A DNA stretch of 64,000 bases from Leucoraja ocellata (lineage: Eukaryota): contig JAWMAR010000541.1 in NCBI GenBank assembly GCA_036785375.1, positions 248,001-312,000 on the forward strand, in the 5' to 3' direction. The notes under the pieces were generated by a model. It was not told the origin of the DNA. It searched no databases and saw only the letters and a list, made by a program, of their open reading frames with translations. The stretch's first letter is position 1. Each line of letters opens with the position of its first letter. A program made the translations under genes and the position numbers. Below, piece after piece: positions 11,800 through 22,430 of the stretch.

Positions 11800-13250
11800 G
11801 TTAACCTTCTCCCCAAACTCATAAACACACTGGCCTTGCGCACCCATTGTTCTGTCCCACTGAATTAATTTCCACACACCTCAACTCCATCTTAACTCCC
11901 CCCCCCCCCCCGACTCGTGTCCGAGACACCTCAGATCCCTTTTGTCTCTTCAATGACATCCATTTTCCAGCCCCCCCCCCCCCCCCACTCCCTCATCGTC
12001 ACTGTGGATGTTCAGTCACTCTCCCCCTCTATCTCCAACCAGGAAGGCCTTAAAGCCCTTTGTTTCTTCCTCGACCACAGAACTAACCAATATCCTCCAC
12101 TCTCCTCCACTGAGCGAAGTTGGTCCTTACTCTCAACAACTTTGACTCCTCCCATTTCCTCAAATCTAAGGCATAGCCACGCGCACTCACATGGGCCCCA
12201 ACTATGCCTGCTTCTCTGTAGAGTACGTCCAACAATCCCTGTTCCAGGCGTACACTGGCCTTATCCCCAAACCCTATCTCCACTACATTGTCGACTGTAT
12301 CGGGGCTGCCTCCTGCACTCAAATTCACTTGGACCATCTCCGACATCTCCCTTCCATTTCCTGATCTCACCATCTCCATCACTGGAGATAGACTATGGAC
12401 TGACATCTATCTGGACTACACTTCTTCCCATCCTGCCTCCTGAAAAGACTATCCCCTACTCTCAATCCCTCCATCTGCACCACTCCTTGCCCCAAGACAA
12501 GTTGTGTTCCATACAAGGACATCCCAGATGTTCTCATTCTTTAAGGAACAGGGATTCCCATCTTCCATCACAGGTGAGACCCTCAAGCAGGTCTCCTCAG
12601 TACCCCGCAGCTCCGCTTGTGCTCCCCCTCCCCCAACAGGGACAGAGTGCCCCTAGTCTTCACCTTTCACCCCATCAGCTGTTGCATACAGCATATAATC
12701 CTCCAACATTGTTGTCACCTCCAACAGGATCCCACCATTAGCCGCAGCCACATCATCACATCTTCATCCCTTTCCGCCTTCCGCAGAGACCATTCCCTCC
12801 GCAACTCCTGGGTTAACTCATCCCTTCTCACCCAAACCACCCCCTGCCCAAGTACTTTCCCCTGCAACCGCAGGAAATGCAGCACCTGTCCCTATAGCTC
12901 CCCCATCGACTCCATTTAACAACCCCGATTTTCTTTCAGGTGAGGCAGAGGTTTACTGCACCTCATCTACTATATCCGCAGTTCCAGGTGTGGACTCCTG
13001 TATATTGGCGAGACCAAGCACCGGCTCAGCGATTGTTTCACTGATCACCTCAACTCAGTCCACCTAGGCCTACGCGATCGCCCGGTTATTAAACACTTTA
13101 ACTCCCCTCATTCCCACACTGACCTTTCTATCCTGGGCCTCCTCCACTCTCTGAGGCCCAATGCCAATTGGAGAAATAGCACCTCATTTTGCTTAGGCAG
13201 TTTACACCCCAGCAGTATATAGATTTTTCTAACATTAAGTAACCCCTGTT
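11800..13250 (+). mobile_element. Degenerate Penelope-like retroelement (RT + GIY-YIG)
   Basis: Fragments TVDVQSL..SI...EGL, MGPNYAC, RVPLVFTFHP, TFPCNRRKCSTC, YIGETK and HFN. Confidence 0.8.
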
Positions 13251-13999
13251 TCCCCTCTCTCCATCCCCACCATCCCCCCCCCCCCCCCCCCCCACCACCA
13301 CCACATTAGCTCTCTGGTTAGTTTCACTGTCCATCTGATGAATTTGACTGATTATTTGCCTCCTTGACACCCTCCCCTCAGCCAACAATGAACCACTCTA
13401 CCATTCTGCTTCCATCTGTTGTTTTCACACCTTACCCTTCCATACCTCTAGACTTTCCATTGGTCTCAATCCAAAACGTCACCCAATCCATCTCTCCACA
13501 GCTGCTGCCTGTCCCGCAGAGTTGCTCCAGCATGTTGTGTCTATCTTAACACCAACAGACTGTCCAAGACAAATATCACGAGGACAACCTGCCTATATTT
13601 GTAATCAATTTCCTCAGTAATGAGCAAGTGTAGATTTCCTAATTAAATGTTGTAGCCAAAAAATTGCTTGTGACAACTTTTGAACAGGACGTCCCTATCC
13701 CTCTCCATCTCGGCGCTACATACTCATTCAGACGAAGCCTTTTCTTACAAAAGTAACACACCTCACATCACACATGCTGCGAGGTACATACGCCAAGGAC
13801 CCATATTCTGCCCTTGTGTTTTAAAGGGTGGATGTAGAATATAGATACACTGGTTTTCACCTCCCAAAATATCATAGGTTCTTGAGTGGCGAATAGAAAA
13901 TGTGATACTAATGTTTAACAAATGAGTGAGAACAAACTGACAACCAACTAATTAGCCTGATGTTTCTGAACAATGATAGAATTTACAATGTATACAATG

Positions 14000-14438
14000 C
14001 AGCGAATCGTCCGATCAGCAGAGAAGATTATTGGCTGCAACCTTCCCTCCAATGATGAACTGTACACTGCAAGGGCCTGGAAGTGAGCGGGCAAGATCAT
14101 CTCTGACCCCTCTCACCCTGGCCACAAACTCTTTGAATCACTTCTCACTGGAAGGTGACTCCGGATTGTCAAAGCTGCCACAGCCAGACATAAAAACAGC
14201 TTATATCCACGAGTAGTTGCTCTACTCAACAGCCAAAAATCTGTAGCCCCCTTTGATCCGGTATTTTGTTGGTTCACATGCTCGATCAATGGTGTTTTAT
14301 CATTAATGTTTTATATTATTAATGTTTAGTGTTGTCTGAGTCATTTGTAACTGTCACTGTATGTCATGTTGTTACTTGTGGGGGGAGCACCAAGGCAAAT
14401 TCCTTGTATGTGAATACTTGGCCAATAAACTTACTTAC
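14000..14438 (+). mobile_element. Rex1/Babar-type LINE 3' fragment (a second copy lies at about 40070-40470)
   Basis: Near-identical 3' ends at both sites (CAAATTCCTTGTATGTGAATACTTGGCCAATAAA plus a microsatellite tail). Confidence 0.7.
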
Positions 14439-14869
14439 AATGTATAAAATAGTTCGGGAGCGGGACAGGCTGGACGACAGGGGGCGTTTTCCCCGCGGCT
14501 GAAATGTCAAGTCCCGGGATGGTTTAAGAGAGTTGCCGAGACTTTCTTCACTCGAGTTACTGGACTTCTGGTACTGCGGGCTGCGGAAGTTTCAGGGCAG
14601 CGAGGAAAACAAGGAATACACTACTGTATCGTGCAGGGAGATGGTGCCCAAGATCAGAGGTAAGTTTACGGAATGGTGGGTTTTGTCAAGGGGCCGAATG
14701 CGACACTTCCATTACTAGTGTGGACAGCATCCCTACATCACCCTAAAGCCCGTGTCCTTCCACTACCAGCTCCGTGGTCGCGGAGACACGGAGCCGCGAG
14801 TGAGCGCTGAGACCCGGCAAGATGCCAGATCGGGACAGACCCATCACAGAAGTCACAGTCGCTACTCAC

Positions 14870-14966
14870 CGACTCCAACATCGTGCTGTCCAGGGAGCAG
14901 CAGGGAACAGAACAAGAGCGCAACCCTGAGCCACAGGGAGCGGAGCTGGGCGGCGCCGTCCTTCAT
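14870..14966 (-). CDS. mhc2b: MHC class II beta chain, exon 1 (signal peptide)
   Basis: Manual translation gives MKDGAAQLRSLWLRVALLFCSLLLPGQHDVGV plus 1 nt (97 nt, phase 1), followed by a GTGAGT donor. The leader is hydrophobic and TATA and CCAAT boxes lie directly upstream. Confidence 0.85.
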
Positions 14967-15042
14967 CACCGCTCACTGGGCACCAACTACAGCAAAGATC
15001 CGACAGCCTGGAGCTAAACAGCAGCGACAAGACCACACCCGC

Positions 15043-15136
15043 TTTATATACCGACCCAGCAGCACAAACCAATCACAGCCGGGTAGAGAGGGGCCAATCA
15101 CAGCCGGGCAGAGAGGGGCCAATCACAGCAGGGCGG
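15043..15136 (-). promoter_or_regulatory. Class II beta proximal promoter: TATA box, three tandem Y boxes (inverted CCAAT) and a GC box
   Basis: TATATAAA at 15050-15043. CTGTGATTGG on the gene strand three times (CCAAT on + at 15069, 15094, 15119; 25-bp period). GGGCGG at 15131-15136. Confidence 0.75.
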
Positions 15137-15147
15137 AGGTGGGCAGG

Positions 15148-16094
15148 TTCACAAGTGATAGGATGAGAATTAGACCATTCGGCCCATCGAGTCCACCGTC
15201 ATTCAATCATGGCTCTGCCTCCTAAACCCATTTTCCTGCCTTCTCCCCAAAAAAATTGACACCCGTTCTAATCAGGTCTATCTCTGCCTTAAAATCCCTA
15301 CTGACGGCCTCCACGGCTCTCTGTGGCAATGAGTTCCTCAGATTAAATACTTGTGACGAAAGAACTTCCTCCTCACCTCCTTTCTGAAGAAACATAGAAA
15401 TTAGGTGCAGGAGTAGGCCATTCGGCCCTTCAAGCCTGCACCGCCATTCAATATGATCATGGCTGATCATCCAACTCAGTATCATAGAAACATAGAAATT
15501 AGGTGCACGAGTAGGCCATTCGGCCCTTCGAGCCTGCACCGCCATTCAATATGATCATGGCTGATCATCCAACTCAGTATCCCGTACCTGCCTTCTCTCC
15601 ATACCCCCTGATCCCCTTAGCCACAAGGGCCACATCTAACTCCCTCTTAAATATAGCCAATGAACTGGCCTCAACTACCCTCTGTGGCAGAGAGTTCCCG
15701 AGATTCACCACTCTCTGTGTGAAATAAGTTCTTCTCATCTCGGTTTTAAAGGATTTCCCCTTTATCCTTAAGCTGTGACCCCTTGTCCTGGACTTCCCTA
15801 ACATCGGGAACAATCTTCCTGCATCTAGCCTGTCCAACCCCTTAAGAATTTTGTAAGTTTCTATAAGATCCCCTCTCAATCTTCTAAATTCTAGAGAGTA
15901 TAAACCAAGTCTATCCAGTCTTTCTTCATAAGACAGTCCTGACATCCCAGGAATCAGTCTGGTGAACCGTCTCTGCACTCCCTCTATGGCAATAATGTCC
16001 TTCCTCAGATTTGGAGACCAAAACTGTACGCAATACTCCAGGTGTGGTCTCACCAAGACCCGGTACAACTGCAGTAGAACCTCTCTACTCCTAT
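15148..16094 (-). mobile_element. Stacked CR1 3' ends: an older tail at 15148-15387 and a young CR1 3' segment at 15388-16094 with a duplicated terminus
   Basis: ORF 15574-16068 (YRVLVRPHLEYCVQFWSP...GEKAGTGY); about 98 bp of the 3' terminus is tandemly repeated. Confidence 0.9.
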
Positions 16095-16098
16095 TGCA

Positions 16099-16692
16099 AT
16101 GAAATCAATCAGTCAAATCTGGGGTAATGTGGGGGGCCCAATACGGGCACAAGAGATAAAGCTCCAGCGGATACTTCGCCTCCTCACGTCGGCCATCACA
16201 GCCTATGCTCGTAGCGTGCAGACTACGGAGATGAGTACACACCAGCAGGATGTGCTGGCGTTGATGTGTATAACTCAGTTTGAGTTAAACAACCTCCGGA
16301 GGGAAAACATAAGACCTGCCCTCAACCCAAAATTTGCTGGCTTGTGCAAAGCTCCAGCTATGGAGACAGAATCGTTATTATTTTGAAACGACCTCAACAA
16401 ACAGCTGAAGGATATGGAAGAGGCATCCAAAACCTTCAGTCTCATGAGGGCAGGCCCAGCGACAAGCAAACCTAGAACAATTCTAACACCCAAGCGGCAG
16501 CACACCACTGCATCCACCAGTCGGCGTCTGGAACATGGGACTGGTGAAAGCTTGGGGCCGCATTATCCCCAAAGACCTTTTTTAGGTCAGGGCCCGCCGC
16601 GGACCCCCTGGAAAATGCGCCTCCCCCCAACATCGCCAGCACGTCGACAAGGCAAAGCTCTAAGGAAAAAGAAATCACAAAGTCGTCAATAA
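16099..16692 (+). pseudogene. DIRS gag-like ORF1, C-terminal part (one internal stop at 16384-16386)
   Basis: ELNNLRRENIRPALN, LLF*NDL and an Arg/Lys/Pro-rich tail; homologous to the decayed copy near 47400 (KVPAVNQVIWG). Confidence 0.7.
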
Positions 16693-16694
16693 CC

Positions 16695-18621
16695 ATGGAG
16701 ATAGGTGGTTCCTACCAGCATACAGAGAATAAGGGTGCCTTACTAACAGGGGGAAGGTTACACTTGTTTAAAGAAGCATGGGGATTGATCACTAATGATA
16801 AATATATACTCAATAGCATTGGAGGATATAAAATTCAATTTATTTCAAAAACACCGCCAGTTCAACACCGGCCCGAAAGGGTATTTTTTCTCTCCAAAAA
16901 AGAACAACAGGAGGGACAAGCTGAACTGGTGAGACTTATAAACAAAGGGGTCATAGAAAAAACCAAACATGAGCCCTTGGAATTTGTTTCCAACATATTT
17001 ACAAAAACTAAAAAAGATGGTGGATGTCGCATCATCATTGACTTAACATCCCTGAATAATTTTGTTAAGTATATACATTTCAAAATGGAAACATTTGTGA
17101 CTGCTAGACAACTGATTTCCAAAGGATACTATATGGCAAGCATTGATCTCAAAGATGCTTACTATCTGGTACCTATACATAAGGATTATAGCAGATACCT
17201 TAAATTTATCTGGATGGGGGAGCTGTGGCAGTATAAAGCACTGCCTAATGGGCTTACTTCAGCCCCAAGATTATTCACTAAAATATTAAAACCAGCCATG
17301 GCAACATTAAGGAAACATAATCATATAGTCATGGCATATTTGGACGACATCCTCATAGTTGGGAAAACTATGGAATTGGCTGTAGCAGCAGTATCAGCTA
17401 CTAAACAGCTCCTAGAAGCACTAGGGTTCGTCTTACATCCAGATAAATCCAAGTTAAATCCATCCACGATAATGGACCACCTGGGTTTCACAATTAACTC
17501 AGTCCAAATGACTATTACCCTGCCAAGGGAAAAGATGATTGCATTAGTACAATCATGCAATAACTTAAAGATTAACAAAAAACCAACTATTCGACAAATG
17601 GCAGCAGTAATTGGGAAAATGGTAGCAGCATTTCCGGCTATCCAATTTGGACCTTTGCACTATCAAAATTTACAAAGAGCAAAGGTGAAGGCACTAAAAC
17701 AACATAAAGGTCATTATGACCGAGTCATGATTTTACCCCCTGAAGCAATATCAGAGCTACAGTGGTGGATACAAAATATTTGGCATAGTTGTAGTCCTAT
17801 TATTATTACTAATGCTACTTTAGTACTCCAAACAGATGCCAGTGCTAAAGGCTGGGGAGCAACTAACTCCATAACCAGCACAGGTGGTAGATGGACTAAC
17901 TTAGAATCATCATTACTATCTACACTGGGCATTAATTATTTGGAAATGTTGGGCGCCTTTTATGGTTTGAAAGCATATGTATCCAATATGCATCACTTGC
18001 ATGTTAGATTACAAATAGACAATACTACGTGTGGTGGCTTACATTAACCATATGGGCGGCATAAAATCTTTATCATGCGACAAATTGGTCAATACGATTT
18101 GGCAATGGTGTGTCGAAAGACATATTTGGCTTTCAGCTACCTATCTACCAGGTAAGCTAAATACAGTGGCGGACACCAGGTCACGCAAATTCAATGACAA
18201 CATTGAATGGATGTTAAATCCTAAAGCATTTGCTAAAATTGTCAAGCAATATGGAAAGCCAGATATCGATTTATTTGCATCAAGACTGAATCACCAATTA
18301 ACTACGTATGTCGCGTGGGAACCAGATCCAGAGGCAGCAGCGGTAGATGCCCTCACGCTGGATTGGGGAAAGTTCTTTTTCTATGCCTTTCCTCCCTACT
18401 GCCTCATCAGTCGGGTACTTCGCAAAATCCAGATGGATTCAGCATCTGGAATTTTGGTGGTACCCGACTGGCCTACACAGCCATGGTTCCCAGTACTACA
18501 TGACATGGTGGTGGAATCACCAATGGTGTTTCCCAGTCATCCAGGGCTATTGACTCACCCAGTGTCAGGCATAAGCCATCCATGCCATCAAGACATGAAA
18601 CTCCTGGGTTGCAGATTCTAA
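16695..18621 (+). CDS. DIRS reverse transcriptase / RNase H / N6-adenine-methyltransferase-like polyprotein (one +1 frameshift near 18030)
   Basis: RT: IDLKDAY, LPNGLTSAP, YLDD. RNase H: TDASAKGWG, INYLE, DNTT. MT: IDLFASRLN, YAFPP, PDWPTQPWF. The ORF track splits it into 16695-18047 and 18031-18621. Confidence 0.9.
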
Positions 18622-18647
18622 ACCGACCCTAACTGGACCTGGGATTA

Positions 18648-19592
18648 TTGCAACAAACCATCACCACCATGTCAGCATCCCTGAGAACATCTACAAAGAG
18701 GCAGTACCTAACCAACATCAAGAAATGGGAGAGGTACTGCCAAGAAACAGGGACTTCTTACGAAACAGCCACAGTAGCCAATGTTCTCGAGTTCCTGGCC
18801 TACTTACATCATCATGAGGATATGAGCTACAGTGCCATCAACACGGCACATAGTGCCCTCTCCAACTACCTCAAACCTGCAGGACATCAGCCCATGGGGT
18901 CCCATCCGCTGGTGGTCAAACTGATGAGGGGCATATATAACATCAAGCCCCCCAAGCCTAGATATACTCAAATTTGGGACATCAGTGTTGTGCTCACTTA
19001 CCTTCGGGACAGACCACCAGCAAGATCCCTCAGCCTTGAGCAATTAACATTAAAAACGCTCATGCTTATGGCACTAGTATCTGCACAGAGGGTCCAGTCA
19101 TTGCATAAACTTCGACTGGACGGCATGGAAACAACGTCAGACCAGGTAACATTCACTCTACAAGGTCTGATAAAACAAAGCAGGCCAGGAACATCCAACA
19201 TGCTAGTGGTATTCCGGGCCTACCCACCAGAACCACGATTGTGTGTGGTGACCCACCTCAAACAGTACATTGACACAACCCATAATATCCGAGGAAGTGA
19301 AAGAGCCTTATGGGTCAGCCACAAAAAACCACATGGGCGGGTAACGAGCCAGACCATTTCAAGATGGTTAAAACAGGTATTGGAAGCTGCTGGAATAGAC
19401 ATTAATGTTTACAAATCTCATTCCACCAGGGCAGCATCCACATCAACGGCAGCAAGGATGGATGTGCCTATTGACCTCATCCTGAACAAAGCAGGATGGT
19501 CGAGGGAATCCACATTCCGAACGTTCAATGACAAGCCTTTGGTGAAGCCTGATTTATTTGCAGCGAAAATATTAGAAACTGCAAATATTTAA
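18648..19592 (+). CDS. DIRS tyrosine recombinase (open frame; catalytic Tyr appears to be replaced by Asn)
   Basis: SAQRVQ, LIKQSR, HSTR and AGW motifs; C-terminal STFRTFNDKP where F-Y is expected. Confidence 0.9.
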   Translation: MQQTITTMSASLRTSTKRQYLTNIKKWERYCQETGTSYETATVANVLEFLAYLHHHEDMSYSAINTAHSALSNYLKPAGHQPMGSHPLVVKLMRGIYNIKPPKPRYTQIWDISVVLTYLRDRPPARSLSLEQLTLKTLMLMALVSAQRVQSLHKLRLDGMETTSDQVTFTLQGLIKQSRPGTSNMLVVFRAYPPEPRLCVVTHLKQYIDTTHNIRGSERALWVSHKKPHGRVTSQTISRWLKQVLEAAGIDINVYKSHSTRAASTSTAARMDVPIDLILNKAGWSRESTFRTFNDKPLVKPDLFAAKILETANI

Positions 19593-20092
19593 TTTAAAGC
19601 CCGGGGGAGCTATTTGTTTTTTGTTATTGTTAATAAATACCGTTTTGTTTTGAAAACAGATTCATTGGTTGATTACAATAACACTTCCTTCCTCAAGAGC
19701 TTTCGGCAGTGAGTGAGTAAAACTGTTACACGGTTTGAAATCACAGAGCTTTGAAATCTTCACGTAGTCACTCACGTGACTCCGAAGTAAAATAGTAAGA
19801 TTAAACGAGAACTTACCAGTTTGAAGTTTGATCTGTATTTTATGAGGAGTTACGATGAGGGATTACGTGCCCTCCGCTCCCACCCTCATTACATGGATCA
19901 AACTGATAATTGATGTCTCTTTATTCTTTACTATGTTACTTCAAATACGTGTGTCTGTCTGTGATTCCACACCGCTGCTTGGAAGCATGCCGCGCCTGCG
20001 CCCTGAGCGGGCTTCTTCACGTAATCCCTCATCGTAACTCCTCATAAAATACAGATCAAACTTCAAACTGGTAAGTTCTCGTTTAATCTTAC

Positions 20093-20806
20093 TATTAAAG
20101 ATGGGATAGCAGCACATTTGGAAAGTGGTGAAATCATTGGACAAAGTCAGCATGGATTTATGAAAGGTAAATCATGTCTGACGAATCTTATAGAATTTTT
20201 CGAGGATGTCACTAGTAGAGTGGATAAGGGAGAACCAGTGGATGTGTTATATCTGGACTTTCAGAAGGCTTTCGACAAGGTCCCACATAAGAGATTAGTA
20301 TACAAACTTAAAGCACATGGTATTGGGGGTTCAGTATTGATGTGGATAGAGAACTGGCTGGCAGACAGGAAGCAAAGAGTAGGAGTAAACGGGTCCTTTT
20401 CAGAATGGCAGGCAGTGACTAGTGGGGTACTGCAAGGCTCAGTGCTGGGACCCCAGCTATTTACGATATATATTAATGATTTGGATGAGGGAATTGAAAG
20501 CAATATCTCCAAATTTGCGGATGACACTAAGCTGGGGGGCAGTGTTAGCTGTGAGGAGGATGCTAGGAGACTGCAAGGTGACTTGGATAGGCTGGGTGAG
20601 TGGGCAAATGCATGGCAGATACAATATAATGTGGGTAAATGTGAGGTTATCCACTTTGGTGGCAAGAACAGGAAAGTAGACTTTTATCTGAATGGTGGCC
20701 GATTGGGAAAGGGGGAGATGCAGCGAGACCTGTGTATCATGGTACACCAGTCATTGAAAGTAGGCATGCAGGTGCAGCAGGCAGTGAAGAAAGCGAATGG
20801 TATGTG
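20093..20806 (+). mobile_element. CR1 RT segment of the same subfamily as 15388-16094 but on the opposite strand
   Basis: ORF 20118-20807 (SQHGFMKGKSCLTNL...YLDFQKAFD...KFADDTKL...QQAVKKANGM). Confidence 0.92.
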
Positions 20807-21410
20807 ATGTGGGGACACGGTGATGTGGGGACAGGGGGACAGGGTGATGTGGGGACAGGGGGACAGGGTGATGTGGGGACAGGGGGACACGGTGATGTGG
20901 GGACACGGTGATGTGGGGACAGGGGGACACGGTGATGTGGGGACACGGTGATGTGGGGACACGGTGATGTGGGGACACGGTGATGTGGGGACAGGGGGAC
21001 ACGGTGATGTGGGGACACGGTGATGTGGGGACAGGGGGACACGGTGATGTAGGGACACGGTGATGTGGGGACACGGTGATGTGGGGACACGGTGATGTGG
21101 GGACAGGGGGACACGGTGATGTGGGGACAGGGGGACACGGTGATGTGGGGACAGGGGGACACGGTGATGTGGGGACACGGTGATGTGGGGACAGGGGGAC
21201 ACGGTGATGTGGGGACACGGTGATGTGGGGACACGGTGATGTGGGGACACGGTGATGTGGGGACACGGTGATGTGGGGACAGGGGGACACGGTGATGTGG
21301 GGACAGGGGGACACGGTGATGTGGGGACACGGTGATGTGGGGACAGGGGGACACGGTGATGTGGGGACACGGTGATGTGGGGACAGGGGGACACATTGAA
21401 GTGGGGACAT
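20805..21410. repeat. G-rich minisatellite of mixed 16-bp and 24-bp units
   Basis: Units TGATGTGGGGACACGG and TGATGTGGGGACAGGGGGACACGG in irregular order. Confidence 0.97.
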
Positions 21411-21659
21411 GATGAAATGGGAATCAGGGATCACAGTGAAGGGGAGATCACGGTTCCTCCTTTTTTGATGTCAAAAGCCTTGATCAGACTTGTAATGTTC
21501 AAAATTCTAGATGATAACGTACTTGCACCTAAATGATGTTTGGCTGATTCTCCTCAAGATGATTCTTCCACCGCCCTTGAGATAGTTTAATGTGACTAAA
21601 TTCTTGTTATTACTCCATCTTTTGACGTTGGGAGACTCTTTCAATAGACAATATACAAT

Positions 21660-22430
21660 AGGCTCGGCCTTTAACACCATACACCCAATTAAACTCTATA
21701 ATCTGTTGGACATGAGCATTCACCCAGCCATGTGCCATTGGATCCTGCACTTTGTGACAAACAGACAGCAAAGAGTCAAGGTGGGTGAAAAACTCTCCTG
21801 CCCTCTGACTCTCAACACAGGAGCCCCCCCAAGGGTGCGTTCTGTCACCTCAGCTCTTCTCACTTTACACCAACAACCTCATATCCCAATGCAGCTCAGT
21901 TAAAATTTCAAATATGCAGATGACACAACAATAATTGGCCTAATCTCAGACAACAACGAATCACAATACCATCAAACAGTGGACAGCGCAGTCAAATGGT
22001 GCGCAGACAACAACCTCCAGCTTAATACATCAAAAACCTTAGAATCACCATAGACTTCATTCGCAAACAAAACCCCAAACCCCCGGTCCATGTCAACTCC
22101 CATCCCATAACCTCCACAAACTCATTCAAGTTTCTGGGCACCTATATCTGCAATAATCTTAAATGGCACATCAACGCAGACCAGCCCTCCAATGACAGAC
22201 AACACTAAGGACTCTTGATGTATATAGTGTCTTGTCTATGGTCTTTGTCTGTTCTTTTGCACTATGGTCTGTTGGTGTGATTTGTGATTTGTGATGTGGT
22301 GTGGATGCACTTTATTACTGTGATCTGTGTTGTTATTAGTGTTAATGTAAAGCAGCGTACCATCATGTACCGAACCCACATACCACCAACCCTGGTTACG
22401 TGACAAATAAAGATTCTATCTATCTATCTA
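21660..22430 (+). mobile_element. Rex1/Babar-type LINE fragment with a (TCTA)n tail
   Basis: SAFNTI, GAPQGCVLSP-like, KYADDTTIIGLI and FKFLG motifs. Confidence 0.75.

Larger units (their letters stand above)
16095..20096 (+). mobile_element. DIRS1-like tyrosine-recombinase retrotransposon, 5'-truncated within gag
   Basis: gag-RT/RNaseH-MT-YR order. The internal complementary region at 19759-19869 is inverted relative to the 3' extension at 20018-20096 (79 bp). The left ITR is absent. Confidence 0.95.

Noticed and set aside
14752-15225. 157-aa plus-strand ORF over the beta exon 1 and promoter
   Set aside because: Antisense frame in GC-rich sequence that runs into a CR1 tail, with no recognisable motifs.
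18031-19592. Adenine methyltransferase plus phage-integrase-like recombinase next to an RT, read as a prokaryotic defence or retron system or as contamination
   Set aside because: RT-RH-MT-YR with ITR/ICR is the standard DIRS1 architecture, and it is embedded in vertebrate repeats.
20684-21434. Three overlapping 220-236 aa ORFs with PHHRV/SPCP repeats; also a superficial CRISPR-like look
   Set aside because: These are translations of a stop-free minisatellite. There are no unique spacers or cas genes, and the context is eukaryotic.
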